Assembly (NCBI RefSeq): GCF_011745625.1
Contig: NW_027191457.1
Span: 806,001 to 870,000 of the forward strand
From: Cladosporium halotolerans
Taxonomy: Eukaryota
Direction of reading: 5' to 3'
DNA: 64,000 bases
The notes under the pieces are model-generated. The model did not search any database. It was not told where the DNA came from and saw only the letters and a list, made by a program, of their open reading frames with translations. The position numbers and the translations under genes are program-made. Below, one piece after another: positions 62,901-64,000 of this stretch. Positions within the stretch are counted from its first letter, which is position 1, and each line of letters begins with the position of its first letter.

Positions 62901-63764
62901 ACAAGGCAGATGATCAGTCACCTCTCATTTGGAGAGAATGAAGCCGCTCTCAGTGTGTACACGGATTCGCTAGGCCCAACCGGTCTCCCTCACTCACCCA
63001 TCGCTCTCGAGGTCGCCGTCGAGGCTAGTCTGCGTTTGCGCGGAAACAGGAATGAAGCTGAACGCATCATGTCTGATGCCCAAATAGCCGGCATGAACGT
63101 CACTTGCGCCATGGCACCTCTAATCATGGATCAGATACGCCACACGTCCTACATGGACAGGAAGACCGCCGCAGGCCTCCGCAACAGCGTCATCGACTAC
63201 TACCGCACAAACCAGTCAAATGGCCTGCACGCAAAGCACCATGTCGCCACAATGGCCGCACACGCTATGAACAAAGCCGGCTTCGCAAAGCACAGTCTCA
63301 ATCTCCTGAGCACGATCGCAAACTCAGAGTGGGCGACCGAGCATCCCCTCGACATCACCACTTATACCGTGTGGTTTTCTGGATTCGCCAGTCGACGTAA
63401 TCTGTCCGGGATGCAGTCGATAGTCGACGAAGTCCTGCAGAAAGATGTCGCGATCGACCTCGGGTTTCTGGTCGCGCTCAAACGCGCTCAAAAGCTCCAG
63501 TTCTCAGTGAGCGGGGTGCCCTTGACTTGTGCGGAGCCGGAGACAAAGGCACGTCTAAGAGAGTGGTATGTGGCGGCACGCTACTGGCGCCAGAAGCAGC
63601 TGAAGGAGTCGGCTTTCTTCGGCTCCAAGCTGGTGAACATGCTGGTCAGAGTTGCGAGGGAGGATATCAAAGCCAGAGAGGAGGCTCCTGCGGGAGGTCA
63701 AAACAACACGTGGATGGATGGCAGGCCTAAGGCTGCTAGAATGGTTGACCCTTCTACTGCCTGA
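59967..63764 (+). CDS. Large helical-repeat protein, probably pentatricopeptide-repeat (mitochondrial)
   Basis: ~1265-aa ORF; PPR-like segments TRAFNNMLHLFSK, GFLPNKSTWEIMLSSF and LDITTYTVWFSGFA; Arg-rich non-acidic N-terminus. Confidence 0.7.
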   Translation: MLPPPTRPRAPSAATLRVLYQLAYISSGTAVGIGALCAEERRRRTQIVQRVADNARRIRQSPRYARGAAALAVREQAEFEEEAMTWRPEGVERGDWEEKRLVGGERRGGELRSGGWEGAKMPELPSVVEEEYGITVERSEGKGRKRRRVRRSGTPEFVEEHRSREPVGKRGLDRRNGRLDQPSVRHLAEDSGLQEDDFDTNGSTVLSGGKPFPLQWISYQRPEPKTRPNKGQLKPQEPRRRLFHASEKGRAYRNPEVSFERVAKEFGTRHLWDTSDFGDKESWYKLLSKDVNLFFDKVDVKSQSRMEMQHACRIANNLLRLCYDSGAVNLTRSLHLWKIATNALNAEDLSETIKLFPSILTKMRPGMLVQYFSDLFATEVYRLLPPSERMRLDLRLRAEALKMDEHPEQERPLDMELGFPPYGSLIGSISIPPEMADQGEEFGGIVGQECRLLVEEGHLSPAINLWCMAMEAQGFYRKTDEKLDKELFDAALKARHFSLCVRMLRFKQSRNLNYQLRAQKDDFIRVCFDTGGTGLLRSLFDRRSPDALGHNNLSTHSYMCLARCFAETSSSFETFRAYYNKVHPELRASVVENSILAKAFSLRAKWKATRNFDLVESDFHQALREFTEAGAGRRTLRPMIIAMVEVDISANRPVDAMKALTYRSRADTEGNVAALTALALAKQDNWPAVRRLLGVVEDNPSMIKWTGITTRAFNNMLHLFSKAHTAHELSDLVEDAMKHLGFLPNKSTWEIMLSSFVTKKARSLLEYWLRFPRAIGSHLKLDANLAAVLMKRWYLDSRQSHQKVTYFLRYLTQVPSLRSGNLLKVMLEAIGYDFRKSISLQKGGLQRRGELLEPFLRALDRDGLVLLPGEVENEEILLQDHSEDSSPARDHMAGVDFDSIQSELTAISHGSEKPPREIETMTNHRTPSEDTEKAPQVQYSQGVAVSEPETSEVPTGSTRNVATSTSTSRTQSQIASDVTRQMISHLSFGENEAALSVYTDSLGPTGLPHSPIALEVAVEASLRLRGNRNEAERIMSDAQIAGMNVTCAMAPLIMDQIRHTSYMDRKTAAGLRNSVIDYYRTNQSNGLHAKHHVATMAAHAMNKAGFAKHSLNLLSTIANSEWATEHPLDITTYTVWFSGFASRRNLSGMQSIVDEVLQKDVAIDLGFLVALKRAQKLQFSVSGVPLTCAEPETKARLREWYVAARYWRQKQLKESAFFGSKLVNMLVRVAREDIKAREEAPAGGQNNTWMDGRPKAARMVDPSTA

Positions 63765-64000
63765 GAGAAGAGGCCTGTTGGAGTGAGTCATCGACCTGAT
63801 TAATGTACAAATGGATCTTCATGTCTACCTGTAATTATTAGCATAGCGACGGCGTTTTTCGATAGACCCGGAAGGGACACGGCCTTTGTAGAACGATCGT
63901 CTCATACATGGTTTCACGGGCTCACAGGAGTGTAATCGAATTTCCAATAGAAGTTGTGTTACTCGGTATTCGTATGAGAGTAAAGGCGCGCTTATTTCAT

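Overview
Gene-dense eukaryotic DNA from a filamentous ascomycete. Short GT-AG introns with CTRAC branch sites show this directly; Dothideomycete-like is my inference. It carries about 21 protein-coding genes, mostly housekeeping: the 3' end of CWC15, CTK3, a Prr1-like kinase, an SGNH hydrolase, THADA/TRM732, TIM23, VMS1, a ZIP transporter, xylose reductase, CDC42, a siderophore MFS transporter, a Sec7-PH ARF-GEF, mL46, an F-box protein, a Rossmann-fold protein, a 2OG-Fe(II) oxygenase, ATG3, SDS22, a Zn2Cys6 factor, a PPR-like protein and hypotheticals. There is also an OCH1-like gene relic, a ~5 kb gene-poor stretch with a scaffold gap, and recognisable SreA, XlnR and CreA motifs. Main leads, all unverified: (1) a coding-like 43-codon in-frame extension behind the ATG3 UGA-CUG stop, containing several Atg8-interacting-motif cores (candidate readthrough isoform); (2) a 51-codon in-frame, AUG-less, mitochondrial-presequence-like extension upstream of xylose reductase (candidate non-AUG isoform); (3) a candidate H/ACA snoRNA followed by a near-perfect hairpin; (4) recurrent, orientation-independent switches from C/A-rich to G/T-rich sequence every few kb. 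No CRISPR array, rRNA, tRNA or intact transposon was seen.
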